Position numbers and translations under genes: made by a program | Assembly: GCA_963715275.1 (NCBI GenBank) | Contig: CAVQSF010000033.1 | Coordinates: 16,004-80,003 of the forward strand | Direction of reading: 5' to 3' | Length of the DNA: 64,000 bases | Source of the DNA: an uncultured Planctomycetaceae bacterium | GTDB lineage: Bacteria > Planctomycetota > Planctomycetia > Pirellulales > Pirellulaceae | The notes under the pieces: model-generated | What the model saw: the letters and a program-made list of their open reading frames with translations, nothing else | What the model was told of the DNA's origin: nothing | The model's database searches: none | Shown: piece after piece, positions 30,748 to 41,272 of the stretch | Position numbering within the stretch: the stretch's first letter is position 1 | Layout of the letters: every line of letters starts with the position of its first letter

Positions 30748-32263
30748 TTAGACTTGATCCGCACTAGGGCACACGAAAGGCTCTCGATATTCACGGCGGA
30801 CTAGAGCGTTGGCTGCTGGCGAGTTCGGGAACACTTCGGCATTCGGATCGAACTCCAGGCTAGGTCCCATGCAGATCGGATACTTCTCAAGATCAACGCC
30901 ATTATCTTTGAGATGCACCAGGGTGCGTTCCAGCGTCGCCACGTTATCGTCCAGGCTCTTAACCTTCTCCAGCGTTTGGCGGGCTTCCTCAACCGAAACC
31001 CGATTGTTTTCGCCCAGGTAATACGAGATGTTGCCGAGGTGGCTGATCGCCGCTGACAGGTGCCCCTCGCGAACGTCCGCGTTCAATTCTTCCATGTTGC
31101 GACTAACGCACGCATTCAGAAAGTTTTCAAAGTGATTGCCGCCCCCTCTGAATTCCCGAATGACATTCATGTCTTTGTCGTAGGCCGTGGCGGCTCCTCG
31201 AGTCCCTTCCACGACGTATCCCTCGCTCCCATAAAAGACGACACCAATCTTGTTGCCGGTCGTGCTCTGAAAAAGCTTGTTAAGCTCATCGTCGGCGGAT
31301 GGCTTTATTTCAAGACCGCGAGTCTCGAAGACAATGCACTTGTCCCCATAGTCGTAAATGGACACTTCAGTATTGGCCGTGTCACCCGCATCGACGTAGT
31401 TGTCATCATTTCGCTCCGCCTGGTAGCCGAGTCGTCCACCGTAGCTGATCACTCGGGTCGGATGCGTATCGATACCAAGGCCCCAGCGCGAGATCGGTTT
31501 GATGGGGACCTTGATTGCCCAAGTCGCCATTGCCATACAGCCGTTGCCAATGCCAGTCGTAGTGGAATCGCTCGCGAGTTACCCGCGGGTCGGTATAGGG
31601 GGCTGGTCCGCTCCAGAAGTTGAAATCGACCTCTTGCGGAACGGGATAGTCACCAAGCGGACCTATCGACTTGCGGCGTTTGTAACACAGTCCGCGCGCG
31701 AAATTGACTTCACCAATCCCACCTGATCGTACAAATTCAATGGAGTCAATACACTCTCGGCTCGATCGACTCTGTGTCCCTACCTGGCAGATACGCTTGT
31801 ACTTGCGAGCCGCAGCGATGAGGGCGCGCCCCTCGGCGATGTTGTGGCACACTGGCTTCTCGATATAGGCGTCTTTGCCGGCCTGCATCGCCCAGATTCC
31901 GGTCAGGGCGTGCCAATGGTTGGGGGTCGCCGTGCTGATGACATCGACTGAATCATCGTCGAATGCTTCCCGCATATCCTTGACTAAGACCGGACGCCGT
32001 CCCTGCCTTTCCTCAATAGCACTGCAGCGGGCGAGCCCTTGAGCGGAATCCACATCGGAGACATACAGAATCTCAGTACGAGGTTCGTCGAGCCAGGCGC
32101 CGATATGGTCTCCCCCCCGCCCGCCTGCACCGATTACGGCCACGCCAATTTTTTCGTTGGGTGACTGAGCGCGGGACGTTCGTGGCTTAATGCCCACAGC
32201 GGCTGCGGCCGATACGGCGAGAGTCGATTGGATAAACTTTCTACGGTGATTGCGAGTGGCCAT
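30748..32263 (-). CDS. Tat-exported Gfo/Idh/MocA oxidoreductase, split by a frameshift near 31490
   Basis: HRRKFIQS, GAGGRG, ATPNHWH, YIEKP, GDLGNQGPHQTD continuing as (A)RWGLG in the other frame. Confidence 0.85.
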
Positions 32264-32608
32264 TTCACTTTTTCCTTGAATAAAGATCGGCTGCAGTTGG
32301 GCGCCAGGCTCGAAGAACACACCTATACACCCGAATCCAAGACCTGCTCGTCGCGCACTGCAATTGACGTTAGACCATGCTCTGAAACTTGGCTACAAAG
32401 CAGGCCAACGGCAGGGCAACGATCAGGCGGTTTTGAGAGAGGCGTGGTCAACGGGATTACGTGTGATCAACGGATCGTGAACAAACGCTCTCATCTCGGG
32501 AGGGTCGGACGCGCGAGCCGCCGGGGAGGGCGTATTCCAATCAGGATGCGTTGATCTATCACGTCCCGCCCATGATACCACGAGACGGATAGCAATATCG
32601 GATGTGGA

Positions 32609-32703
32609 TAGCACCTGCGAGAAAAGTTAGCCTCAGCCTAACAATAGCCGTTTCGAGGCTTGGCTGTGTATCGCAGTAAGCATGGTTTGCTCGCACATGC
32701 TCA
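32609..32703. mobile_element. Degenerate MITE-like element (AGCA...TGCT ends)
   Basis: TAGCACCTGCGAGAAAA ... TTTGCTCGCACATGCTCA imperfect terminal inverted repeats, ~95 bp. Confidence 0.4.
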
Positions 32704-33627
32704 GTGCGTCATCACATAGAAAATAATGTTCAATCCCATGGGGTAAGACCACTTCACCGCAAAATCGCGGAAGTACTCGGGGTCCTCGCCTTCACGTTCC
32801 CAGCCGTCGCCCAGGTCATTATTATGGCACAGCAACACAGCCAGGCGGCCACTCTGGTCGAACAGCCCCTGAAAGTTCGGGCCACGGTCGCTGCCCGGTC
32901 CATGGTCTTCAAAGGTGCGGCCTTGTCGCCAGTTGCGAATGCTGGGCACCTGTGGACGCTTTTCCAGGTCGTAGGCGGCATGGAAAATCTCGTGCGACAG
33001 CGGCAGTTCCCGGGGCTGCCATTGCGGAACGGCACGTGCCAACTGCGACGTTACAATGTCCCATTCTTGATCTCCCCAGAAATCATCCAACATCAGGAAG
33101 CCGCCATTCAGGAGATAGCGGCGAAGGGCGGTCACTTCCTCTTCGCTAAAATGCAGGCGACCGACACCATTCATATATAGAAACGGGTAATCGAACAGCG
33201 CCGGATCGGTCAATCGGAGCACCTTGCCGTGGGGATCTACCTTGAGTGATGTCAGCTGCTGCAACCGCAGAGAGAAATTCCAATCGCTGTCCGGAAAGTC
33301 ATTCTGCCAGCTGTTGCCCCCGCCTCGGCCATAGCCGGCACGCGAGTCGTACTGGATTCGGACAAACGTGAAAACGTCATCGACGAAGCCTGGATCATTC
33401 TGCCACATAGGATATTCACTGCGGTCAGGCGCGCGACGACCTCTCCCTCCGTTCCACTGCCACTGTGCAAGACAAACAGCGGAACTAAACACAAGGGCCG
33501 CCAGCGCTGTCGTAATTCGTGTGCGAGTCGACAAATGAATTTCCCCTGATGGCATCCAATGTAGGCGGCAAGCTTGCCACGTCTCCCGGCAAGGCTCTCC
33601 CTTGGAGCGCTGGCCCGGATTACTCAC
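32701..33627 (-). CDS. DUF4159 domain protein (true start probably near 33534)
   Basis: FTFVRIQY, DFPDSD, YPFLYM, LRRYLLNGGFLMLDDFWG, HNNDLGDGWE. Confidence 0.85.
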   Translation of the reverse strand: MSNPGQRSKGEPCRETWQACRLHWMPSGEIHLSTRTRITTALAALVFSSAVCLAQWQWNGGRGRRAPDRSEYPMWQNDPGFVDDVFTFVRIQYDSRAGYGRGGGNSWQNDFPDSDWNFSLRLQQLTSLKVDPHGKVLRLTDPALFDYPFLYMNGVGRLHFSEEEVTALRRYLLNGGFLMLDDFWGDQEWDIVTSQLARAVPQWQPRELPLSHEIFHAAYDLEKRPQVPSIRNWRQGRTFEDHGPGSDRGPNFQGLFDQSGRLAVLLCHNNDLGDGWEREGEDPEYFRDFAVKWSYPMGLNIIFYVMTH

Positions 33628-33668
33628 GCGCTCTCGATCGGACCGTTTGCATCGACCTGGACGCTTCC

Positions 33669-33772
33669 GAAAAATGGGGACAGCACTGACGGACTATGGA
33701 TCTCCACGACCGATCTCCACGACCGATCTCCACGACTTCATGCGTTGTGTAGGGAGGGGCCAGTCCCTCTTC
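33669..33772. repeat. GGGGA/CAGTCCC palindromic element, copy 2, with internal 13-bp tandem repeat x3 (33699-33736)
   Basis: GAAAAATGGGGACAGCAC ... GCCAGTCCCTCTTC; GATCTCCACGACC x3. Confidence 0.55.
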
Positions 33773-33895
33773 TCCGACAGCCGATGATGAAGACGACGGA
33801 CTCGCGGTCCCAATGCCAATCTATCCCCTCCGTCGAGGTCCGTATAGATTGGTATCGGTACGCGCTGCGCCTACCTGGTCACAAGGTACCATAGG

Positions 33896-33988
33896 TAAGC
33901 ACCTAGGCATTAGTTTTTCCGCATTATTAGCCGTTTTGGCGTTGGCCACGGTTGTTCAAATGACAGAAAACTTGTGCGTAGGTGCTTA
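33896..33988. mobile_element. MITE-like element, family 1 copy A
   Basis: TIRs TAAGCACCTAGGCATTAGTTTT / AAAACTTGTGCGTAGGTGCTTA; near-identical copy at 62617-62719. Confidence 0.75.
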
Positions 33989-34028
33989 GTCGGTGATTGG
34001 TAGTGAAATGAGAGAGGAAATTAGCTCA

Positions 34029-35954
34029 ATGTGTAACTCAACAACCCTTCGTCATTCGACTTGGTGTTTGGCGATGGTGGCCACACTGCTGGTGACGAAC
34101 GGACACCTGCCCGCGGTTGCCCAGGAGTCTGTGTTTGGTCCCGACTTTCCGAAATTGGAATCTAGGGCCACGGGACAGTGGTGGAACGTAAAACCGACGC
34201 CGCGCATGCCAATGGACCTCGACGTGCCAAGAGATCAGGTAGTCGCCTTTGCGGTTTACACGCATGACCACGGAGCCCTCAAGCTATCCGCGCAGCTTTT
34301 TCCGCTGAAGCCCGACGAAGTCAGAACAGTGCGGCTAGAGCTCAAAGATACCGAGGGAAGTTGGAATGAAGTAGCGCAGCAACCAGTCGTCGAACTCGGC
34401 TGGAGTGCCCATTTCCGAATCAACGACTGGGACAATTCACAAGACGTGGTGTACCGTGTTCGCCACGGTAGAGCTGCGACGTTCGAAGGCCTAATTCGGA
34501 AGGATCCGATAGACAAGGAAGTCATCGTAGTGGGCAACCTGTCTTGCAATAGCTCGCGCACGCCCGGACCAAGGCCGCAATTAATCGAGAATTTGATCAA
34601 GATCGATCCTGATTTGTTATTCTTTGCCGGAGATCAATCCTACCATCACACGGAACACACGTACGGCTGGCTGGAATTTGGCATTCAGTTTCGAGACGTT
34701 TTGAGAAATCGCCCCGTCGTAACCATTCCGGACGATCACGACGTGGGACAAGCCAACATCTGGGGCGAAAACGGAAAACAGGCCACGACTCCCGCAGGAC
34801 CTAGCGGCGGTTACTTCTATCCCCCGAAGTACGTCAACATGGTCCAGCGTTGCCAAACGTGGCATCTTCCGGATCCATTCGACGCGAGATCCATCGAGCG
34901 CGGCATCAGCGTTTATTACACCGCTCTGACTGTCGGTGGTATCAACTTTGCGATCATCGAAGATCGCAAGTTCAAAAGTGGCCCGGAAGGCAAGATACCA
35001 AAGATGGGACCTCGTCCCGATCACATTAACGACCCGAGCTACGATCGCGCTTCCGTTGATCTGCCTGGCCTGAAACTGCTGGGCGACCGACAGTTGGAAT
35101 TCTTGCATGCGTGGAGCCAGGATTGGACGAACGCCGAGATGAAATGCGTGCTCTCTCAGACCGCCTTCTGTGGAGCGGTTCACCTGCACGGTGGGAAAGG
35201 CAACCGACTATTGGCCGACCTGGACAGTAATGCTTGGCCGCAGACTGGCCGCAACAAGGCTCTGCGAGAAATTCGTCGAGCCTGGGCGCCGCATCTGTGC
35301 GGTGACCAACATCTCGCCGTCGTCGTAAAGCACGGTATCGACGCGCCGCGTGACGGCCCCTATGGTTTTACTAGCCCGGCCATCGTGAACACAATTTACG
35401 GTCGCTGGTGGTGGCCCGAGGATGAACAGCCCGGCGCCAATCCCTTCCCCAATAGCCCGCTGCCGTGGACGGGTGATTACTTGGATGGGCTCGGCAACCG
35501 GATCTACATGATGGCCTACGCCAATCCAGTGGACACAAGCGACGAGAAGCAGCGAGGTGATGGGTTTGGCGTTGCGCGGTTCAACAAAACGACTCGGCAA
35601 ATCACCTTCGAGTGTTGGCCAAGATTCGCAGATGTGGGCGTCGGAAATAAGGCGCAGTATCCCGGCTGGCCCATTACCGTTGACTATCGAGACAATGATG
35701 GGCGAAAGCCGGTGGGGTACCTACCCGAATTGGTAGTGTCTGGCGTTGAGCGACCGGTCTTTCAAGTCATCCAAGCTGCCACGGGTGAAATCCTCTACAC
35801 TGTTCGCTCGCAGTCGAACCGATTCCAAGCTCCGGTTTACGCGGCCGGCGAATACACCGTGCGTGTCGGGAGTGGCAAGCCAGACATGAAGTCCATCGAC
35901 GGTTTGCAGCCGTTGCCCGAGGGTGAATCGTCCAGCCTGGACGTACGTCTGTGA
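34029..35954 (+). CDS. PhoD-like secreted metallophosphoesterase
   Basis: Signal peptide; FAGDQSY, PDDHDV, EDRKFK, LLGDRQ, GDQH. Confidence 0.75.
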   Translation: MCNSTTLRHSTWCLAMVATLLVTNGHLPAVAQESVFGPDFPKLESRATGQWWNVKPTPRMPMDLDVPRDQVVAFAVYTHDHGALKLSAQLFPLKPDEVRTVRLELKDTEGSWNEVAQQPVVELGWSAHFRINDWDNSQDVVYRVRHGRAATFEGLIRKDPIDKEVIVVGNLSCNSSRTPGPRPQLIENLIKIDPDLLFFAGDQSYHHTEHTYGWLEFGIQFRDVLRNRPVVTIPDDHDVGQANIWGENGKQATTPAGPSGGYFYPPKYVNMVQRCQTWHLPDPFDARSIERGISVYYTALTVGGINFAIIEDRKFKSGPEGKIPKMGPRPDHINDPSYDRASVDLPGLKLLGDRQLEFLHAWSQDWTNAEMKCVLSQTAFCGAVHLHGGKGNRLLADLDSNAWPQTGRNKALREIRRAWAPHLCGDQHLAVVVKHGIDAPRDGPYGFTSPAIVNTIYGRWWWPEDEQPGANPFPNSPLPWTGDYLDGLGNRIYMMAYANPVDTSDEKQRGDGFGVARFNKTTRQITFECWPRFADVGVGNKAQYPGWPITVDYRDNDGRKPVGYLPELVVSGVERPVFQVIQAATGEILYTVRSQSNRFQAPVYAAGEYTVRVGSGKPDMKSIDGLQPLPEGESSSLDVRL

Positions 35955-36002
35955 CACACCGTTTATTTGTTGAAAGGCGTTTGACGCCGTAACCCGCGGG
36001 GC

Positions 36003-36320
36003 CGCGTTGTAGGCAGGTCCGCGCGTTGTAGGCAGGTCCGCGTTGTAGGCAGGTCTCCACGCGTTGTAGGCGGGTCTCCTGACCCGCCTGCTCACCAGCC
36101 GTAACTCGCGGAGCTCGGTACGGCCTACGTTTCGGCCTGCCGGGTTGTAGGCGGGTCTCCACGCGTTGTAGGCGGGTCTCCTGACCCGCCTACTCTTTCA
36201 GCCGTAACTCGCAGAACTCGGTACGGCCTACTTATCGCGCCGCGTTGTAGGCAGGTCTCCTGACCCGCTTGCTCACCAGCCGTAACTCGCGGAGCTCGGT
36301 ACGGCCTACATTTCGGCCTG
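36003..36320. repeat. BIME-like cluster of two GTAG REP families between convergent genes
   Basis: Three units of REP-A GTAGGC(G/A)GGTCTCCTGACCCGC followed by inverted REP-B GCCGTAACTCGC..GGTACGGCCTAC, plus four truncated REP-A heads. Confidence 0.9.
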
Positions 36321-36321
36321 C

Positions 36322-37742
36322 TTATCGCGCTGACCAGGGACTGGAACTGGTGGTGCTGGGGGATGGGGCTGGCTGAGGGGACGTTGTGCCGGAGGCGGGA
36401 CGCACGACTTTAGCTCCAGGCTGGCCAGAATTCTGTTTGACATCCGCGTGACTGGCTGGAATCACCGCTGGGGCGAATTGCTGTTCAGCTGTGCTGCTGG
36501 CGGCTACCTCCGTAGGACTCATGGCGGGGCTCCTGGGAGCCCACACGGCTTGCAGACCTTCATCGTTGGAAACCAGGATCTCCGTATCATTCACGACGGT
36601 ACGACCGTTCTCGAACGTATAGCGGACAAACACAATGACTCTGTCAGCCTCCGGGCCCGGGCCGCTCCACGGAAGTGTCAGTGCAATTCCCTGATTGGCC
36701 CCAATAGGCTGCAGCTTTGTTTTGACCTCTTCTGGCGAGAAATCCCAGCGTCCAATGCGTTCATCACGGGCGGGATCGAGGATAACAACGGACAGGGCCG
36801 CTGCCACGGGTACCATTTGCCCGAGTTCATTCAACGGTTGAAGCAGTAGGTAGATCCCATCGTTATCCGGCTCATCGTCGAAATTCGCTGCCCGCGATAA
36901 ACTCGGGTGAAACTTTAGCTCGACCACGCGTTGATCGGCGACTTGCTGCGCACGGCAGACGCCGTTGTTCCAGCGGACTGCTCCCCGGGCGTTCCGCGGC
37001 GGGACGCGAGCTGAGCCGGTATTTCAATGCGACTGTCGCTTAGCACGAGACGGCCTAAGCCAGTGCTGTCCCCCGCTTCGCCGCTCGGTGTGCTCGCTGT
37101 GTTATCAGTCGTTGGTTGCGGCGGCATTATTTCTCCGGGCGTAATTGTCGGAGGAACCAACAAATCAGGATCAAAATCGTCTGCGTTTGGAATTTCGCTA
37201 GGAGCGGGTAGGTCATTGCGTGGAAAGGGTGAATCCGACGCAGGGGGTGCATTTCTGCCGCCGGGCTGCAAGTTCTGGCTGGGCGGTTCCGGGAACTTGT
37301 CGGGCAGCAAATTGGATTTTGCGTCAGAGTTTCGCGTTCCGCCGTTTCCGCCTTCCATAATCGATGGAAGCGCTGGCTCAGGTTCAACGGGTCGCCGACT
37401 AGGCCCCGGCTGTTGAGATCCGAGAGCCTTCTGATCCTGTGCTGGCTTCTCGACCGTTTCCAACTGTTGTCGTAAACGTTCATTCTCGCTGAGCACTGAA
37501 TCCAACTCTTGCTCAACGAGCCGATATTCGTGATCATACTCGTACAGTTGATCCTCGAGCTCGCGGATCTCGGCCGCCATATTCTCAATGTACAAGTCGT
37601 TGTAAGCACGATTAGCGCATCCCGACTGTCCCGCCGTCACCAATAAAAGACTGCAGCAGGCAATGGCCCTGAGCGTTTTGCCAGGTCTGGCGGGCAGCTT
37701 CTCGCTTCGGTATTTTCCTGGAGCTATGCTTGCAATGGCCAT
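36322..37742 (-). CDS. Hypothetical lipoprotein (coiled coil, Pro-rich linker, C-terminal beta domain), split by a frameshift near 36950
   Basis: AGQSGC lipobox-like; EIRELEDQLYE coiled coil; continues as QQVADQRVVELKFHP in the second frame. Confidence 0.65.
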
Positions 37743-37821
37743 GATCGGGCGGATTGGATGTGACGCGGAAGTCTCGCACCGCATCAGCAAAGGCGATTGA
37801 ACTTGAGTAGGCTGAACGTGA

Positions 37822-37852
37822 GTAGGCCGTAACGAGTCCTGCGAGTTACGGC
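37822..37852 (+). repeat. GTAG REP family B, solo copy
   Basis: GTAGGCCGTAACGAGTCCTGCGAGTTACGGC. Confidence 0.7.
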
Positions 37853-38049
37853 GCACGAGAATCGACTGATCCTTGGCGTCGGCAAGCCTGTCAAATAGGT
37901 TGGCCGCCGAACGGAGTAACGCGTGCGCATGTCAAGTCGGAAGCCGACACGACCCTCAGGTTCAAGTAACGAAAACCAAGTCACCGAGTCAAGGCGGAAT
38001 GCTTCTCAAATGCCAGCAAATACGGCAATGATGTAGCGGAGGAAGTGAG

Positions 38050-38781
38050 TTGACGCAGTTAAGGATCCTGTATGAGGACAATCACTTGCTGGTGGTTGAC
38101 AAGCCGGCGGGCATTGCCACCATGGGCACAGAGCGAAATCAAGCAACAGTCGCTCGCCAGGCTGCAGCCTACTTGAAACATAAGTACCGCAAGCCTGGAA
38201 ACGCTTTTGTGGGTGTCGTCAGTCGGCTTGACCGCTTGGTCTCCGGCGTGCTTATCCTGGCTCGCACCAGCAAAGCGGCAAGCCGGTTGTCGGAACAAAT
38301 TCGCAGCAGACAAGTTCAAAAACGCTATTTGGCGTGTGTGGAGGGCCGACTCGAAGCCGGGAACGAAGCGGACGCGAGTGGCTGGCGGGAGGTGACTCAC
38401 TGGGTCTGCAAAGACGAGCGGCATCAGAAGATGCGGACCCTGGAGTCCAAGCCGGAAGTCGGGACTGAATCTTCGGGAGCTAAAGAAGCGCGACTGCGTT
38501 TCCGCTGGCTCGCCAACGACACTCGCCTGACCTTGGTCGAAGTCGACTTATTGACTGGCCGCAAACACCAGATTCGCTTACAACTATCCGAACTGGGGCA
38601 CCCCGTGCTGGGCGACGCCAAATACGGTTCGAACCGACGCTTCCCCTCTGGCATTGCGCTACACTGTAGTCGTGTCTGTATCCTGCACCCGACCCGCAGG
38701 CAGCCGCTTGAATTCAGTGCTTCTCCCCGGCAACACTGGCGGCAACATGTTCCCGAATCGCTTCTAGCAGCAATACTCTAG
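38050..38781 (+). CDS. RluA-family pseudouridine synthase
   Basis: LYEDNHLLVVDKPAG, SRLDRLVSG, TGRKHQIR, GDAKYG. Confidence 0.92.
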   Translation: MTQLRILYEDNHLLVVDKPAGIATMGTERNQATVARQAAAYLKHKYRKPGNAFVGVVSRLDRLVSGVLILARTSKAASRLSEQIRSRQVQKRYLACVEGRLEAGNEADASGWREVTHWVCKDERHQKMRTLESKPEVGTESSGAKEARLRFRWLANDTRLTLVEVDLLTGRKHQIRLQLSELGHPVLGDAKYGSNRRFPSGIALHCSRVCILHPTRRQPLEFSASPRQHWRQHVPESLLAAIL

Positions 38782-38787
38782 CTGGAG

Positions 38788-39294
38788 ATGGCATTGTCGC
38801 GCACTCATCATGGAGTACGGAAGGTTGTTTCCGGTGGCCAAACCGGTGTGGACAGGGCCGCGCTAGATGTGGCCCTGCAACTGGGTATTGAACATGGCGG
38901 TTGGTGCCCGAAAGGTCGACTGGCTGAGGACGGCCGGATCGCGGAAAGATATGCTTTGCGTGAGATGCCTAGCGTCGACTATGCAGCTCGCACGGAACAG
39001 AATGTAATCGATTCCGACGGTACGCTTATCCTCTACTGCGATCGCTTGCAAGGCGGGACGCTGCTAACCCATCGTTTAGCCAAGTCATATAACAAGCCGC
39101 TCCATCGAGTGAGACTCGACCTCACGATTCAATACGCCGCTGTGATTCGCTGGCTCCAAGAAAACCAGATCCAAGTTCTCAATGTGGCCGGCCCGCGAGC
39201 TAGCACCCAGCCTGATATCCAGCGCCGAGCTGTGGAGATGCTAACTCGACTCTTCGCATCCACACAGCGATTGCCGCTGGACGCCTCACCCTGA
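38788..39294 (+). CDS. Circularly permuted YpsA SLOG protein ('putative molybdenum carrier')
   Basis: VSGGQTGVDRAALD, GGWCPKGR.AEDG, RTEQNVIDSDGTL, LNVAGPRAS. Confidence 0.88.
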   Translation: MALSRTHHGVRKVVSGGQTGVDRAALDVALQLGIEHGGWCPKGRLAEDGRIAERYALREMPSVDYAARTEQNVIDSDGTLILYCDRLQGGTLLTHRLAKSYNKPLHRVRLDLTIQYAAVIRWLQENQIQVLNVAGPRASTQPDIQRRAVEMLTRLFASTQRLPLDASP

Positions 39295-39473
39295 GCCAGC
39301 AAACGGTACCCGTCAGCTAGAGATTTGCAAGAGAGACAAGTTTTATCGGCTTCACGGTGTCACGGCGTCGCAGTCCGGATTGAGCGCGAACAGCGACCTT
39401 GATCTTGGCTGCTTAGATGGAAGCCGATATCCTAGAGGTAGCAAAGTTGTAGGACCGTTACGGCATAGCCATC

Positions 39474-40643
39474 ATGAGTGGAGACCAATTGACGCAGGAG
39501 CACCCGCAGTTCGCGAGCGGTTGGGAGGAGCGCGAAGCCCTCTTGCTGGCTCCGCATGCCATGTTCGCCAAGAATTCAATCGGGCGGACGTTTCCTGAAC
39601 CGCTGCATCCGTACCGCAGCCCATTCCAGCGCGATCGGGATCGGATCCTACACAGTGCGGCCTTTCGCCGCCTGAGTGGCAAGATGCAGGTCTTCACCGG
39701 CGATATGGGAGACTATCATCGGACGCGCCTCACCCATACGCACGAAGTGGCCACGGTGGCTCGCACCATCGGCCGCGTATTGCGGCTGAATGAAGACCTG
39801 ATCGAGGCTTTGGCCCTGCTGCACGATATCGGCCATCCGCCTTACGGACACAGTGGCGAAGAGGCACTTGCCCACTGTCTCGGCGAAAACGGCGGTTTCT
39901 CGCATAACGAATTCGCGCTGGTCCTAGTCCAACAACTCGAAACGCGTTATACGACGTTCCCAGGGCTCAATTTAAGCCGCGAGGTGCTTGCCGGCCAAGA
40001 TTTCCGAATCACACACCAGCACGCTTCGCCCTTGCTGGAAGTCCAGATTGTCGATTTGGCCGACAGCATTGCCTATAACGCCCACGACGTCGACGACGCT
40101 CTCGCACTGGGTTTGCTACGTTTCGAACAACTAACTGAACTAAGCTTGGTCCGTCGCGCATTGGCTTGGGGCCAGGCGGATCCATCGGGGCTTTCCGCGG
40201 AAGCCCGGCGCCGATACTTGGTGCATAGCTTGATCGACGTGCAAGTAGCTGATTTGCTGGAGACCTCGTCACGGAGGCTGGCGGTGCTTGAGGCCGAAGA
40301 TATTCTCGATAACACCACGGTGCGGGATCCCGATGTCGGACTGGGCTTATCGAGTGTCGTCGCCTCTGAGAAGGAGGAACTGTCTCAGTTTTTATTTGAC
40401 AACGTCTACCGGCATGAACAATTGATTGCAGTGCGAGAGCAGGCTGCGATTCGCGTACGCCGCCTCTATGAAAAGCTCATTTCGAAAACGCAACTACTAC
40501 CCGAGCGATTCCTGGAAAGTGCTTATGAGGTTGGGATCGAGCGAGCGACGGCCCATTATATTGCTGGCATGACGGATCGCTTCTGCGATTCGCGTTTTCA
40601 CTGCCTGGTCGAACTCGGTGCGACCGATGTGAGGGATTGGTAA
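39474..40643 (+). CDS. dgt: dNTP triphosphohydrolase (short dGTPase-like HD protein)
   Basis: FQRDRDRILHSAAFRRL, RTRLTH, HDIGHPPYGHSGE, YIAGMTD. Confidence 0.92.
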   Translation: MSGDQLTQEHPQFASGWEEREALLLAPHAMFAKNSIGRTFPEPLHPYRSPFQRDRDRILHSAAFRRLSGKMQVFTGDMGDYHRTRLTHTHEVATVARTIGRVLRLNEDLIEALALLHDIGHPPYGHSGEEALAHCLGENGGFSHNEFALVLVQQLETRYTTFPGLNLSREVLAGQDFRITHQHASPLLEVQIVDLADSIAYNAHDVDDALALGLLRFEQLTELSLVRRALAWGQADPSGLSAEARRRYLVHSLIDVQVADLLETSSRRLAVLEAEDILDNTTVRDPDVGLGLSSVVASEKEELSQFLFDNVYRHEQLIAVREQAAIRVRRLYEKLISKTQLLPERFLESAYEVGIERATAHYIAGMTDRFCDSRFHCLVELGATDVRDW

Positions 40644-40807
40644 TCTTCTTGTAGATAATCTTCTTGTAAAACCAGCCTGCGGTCAACTCAACGACGGTGA
40701 GTGGCACCTGGAAGCTCGCTATCGTGTCGTTGAATCCTCAGCTATAAAGCACATAATTCACAGGGCGTCCGAGCAGCAAGCAACACATGCACCAGTAGAG
40801 GTGAGCC

Positions 40808-41272
40808 ATGATTCGACTGAAGCACATCCTTACGCCGACCGATTTCAGCGATTACTCATCCGTGTCTACAGAATACGCTGTCGAACTGGCCAAGAAATTT
40901 AACGCGCAACTTCATTTCCTGCACGTGCTGGAGGTCCACGCGAGTGCGACACCGACTTTTGGCGGAGGACTGGCCATCAGCTCGCTGATCAAAGAATCAC
41001 GCGAACATTCGGAGGCGTCACTAGCCGAGTTGGCGGGAGACACCGGAGCCATCTGTGTCTCAGCTGAGGGTCAGCCCTTTATGGAGATTCTGCGTTATGC
41101 CAACGAGAAAGAAATCGACTTAATTGTGATGGGCACGCACGGCCGGACTGGTCTGGATCACGTGCTGCTGGGCAGTGTTGCCGAGAGGATTGTCCGCAAG
41201 TCGGCTTGCCCAGTGTTGACGATTCGACATCCCAAGCACCGATTCGTGATGCCCTTTGACAAGGTGGAATGA
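40808..41272 (+). CDS. Universal stress protein
   Basis: ILTPTDFS, DLIVMGTHGRTG, GSVAERIVR..CPVL. Confidence 0.92.
   Translation: MIRLKHILTPTDFSDYSSVSTEYAVELAKKFNAQLHFLHVLEVHASATPTFGGGLAISSLIKESREHSEASLAELAGDTGAICVSAEGQPFMEILRYANEKEIDLIVMGTHGRTGLDHVLLGSVAERIVRKSACPVLTIRHPKHRFVMPFDKVE

Noticed and set aside
32626-32642. DtxR/MntR-like operator GTTAGCCTCAGCCTAAC
   Set aside because: Lies inside a MITE-like element at a gene 3' end, not before a metal-related gene
36003-36320. Possible CRISPR array
   Set aside because: No unique spacers, irregular period, GTAG-REP structure and no cas genes
39474-40643. Antiphage dGTPase defence island
   Set aside because: Housekeeping neighbourhood (usp, proC, fmt) and no mobile or defence genes adjacent
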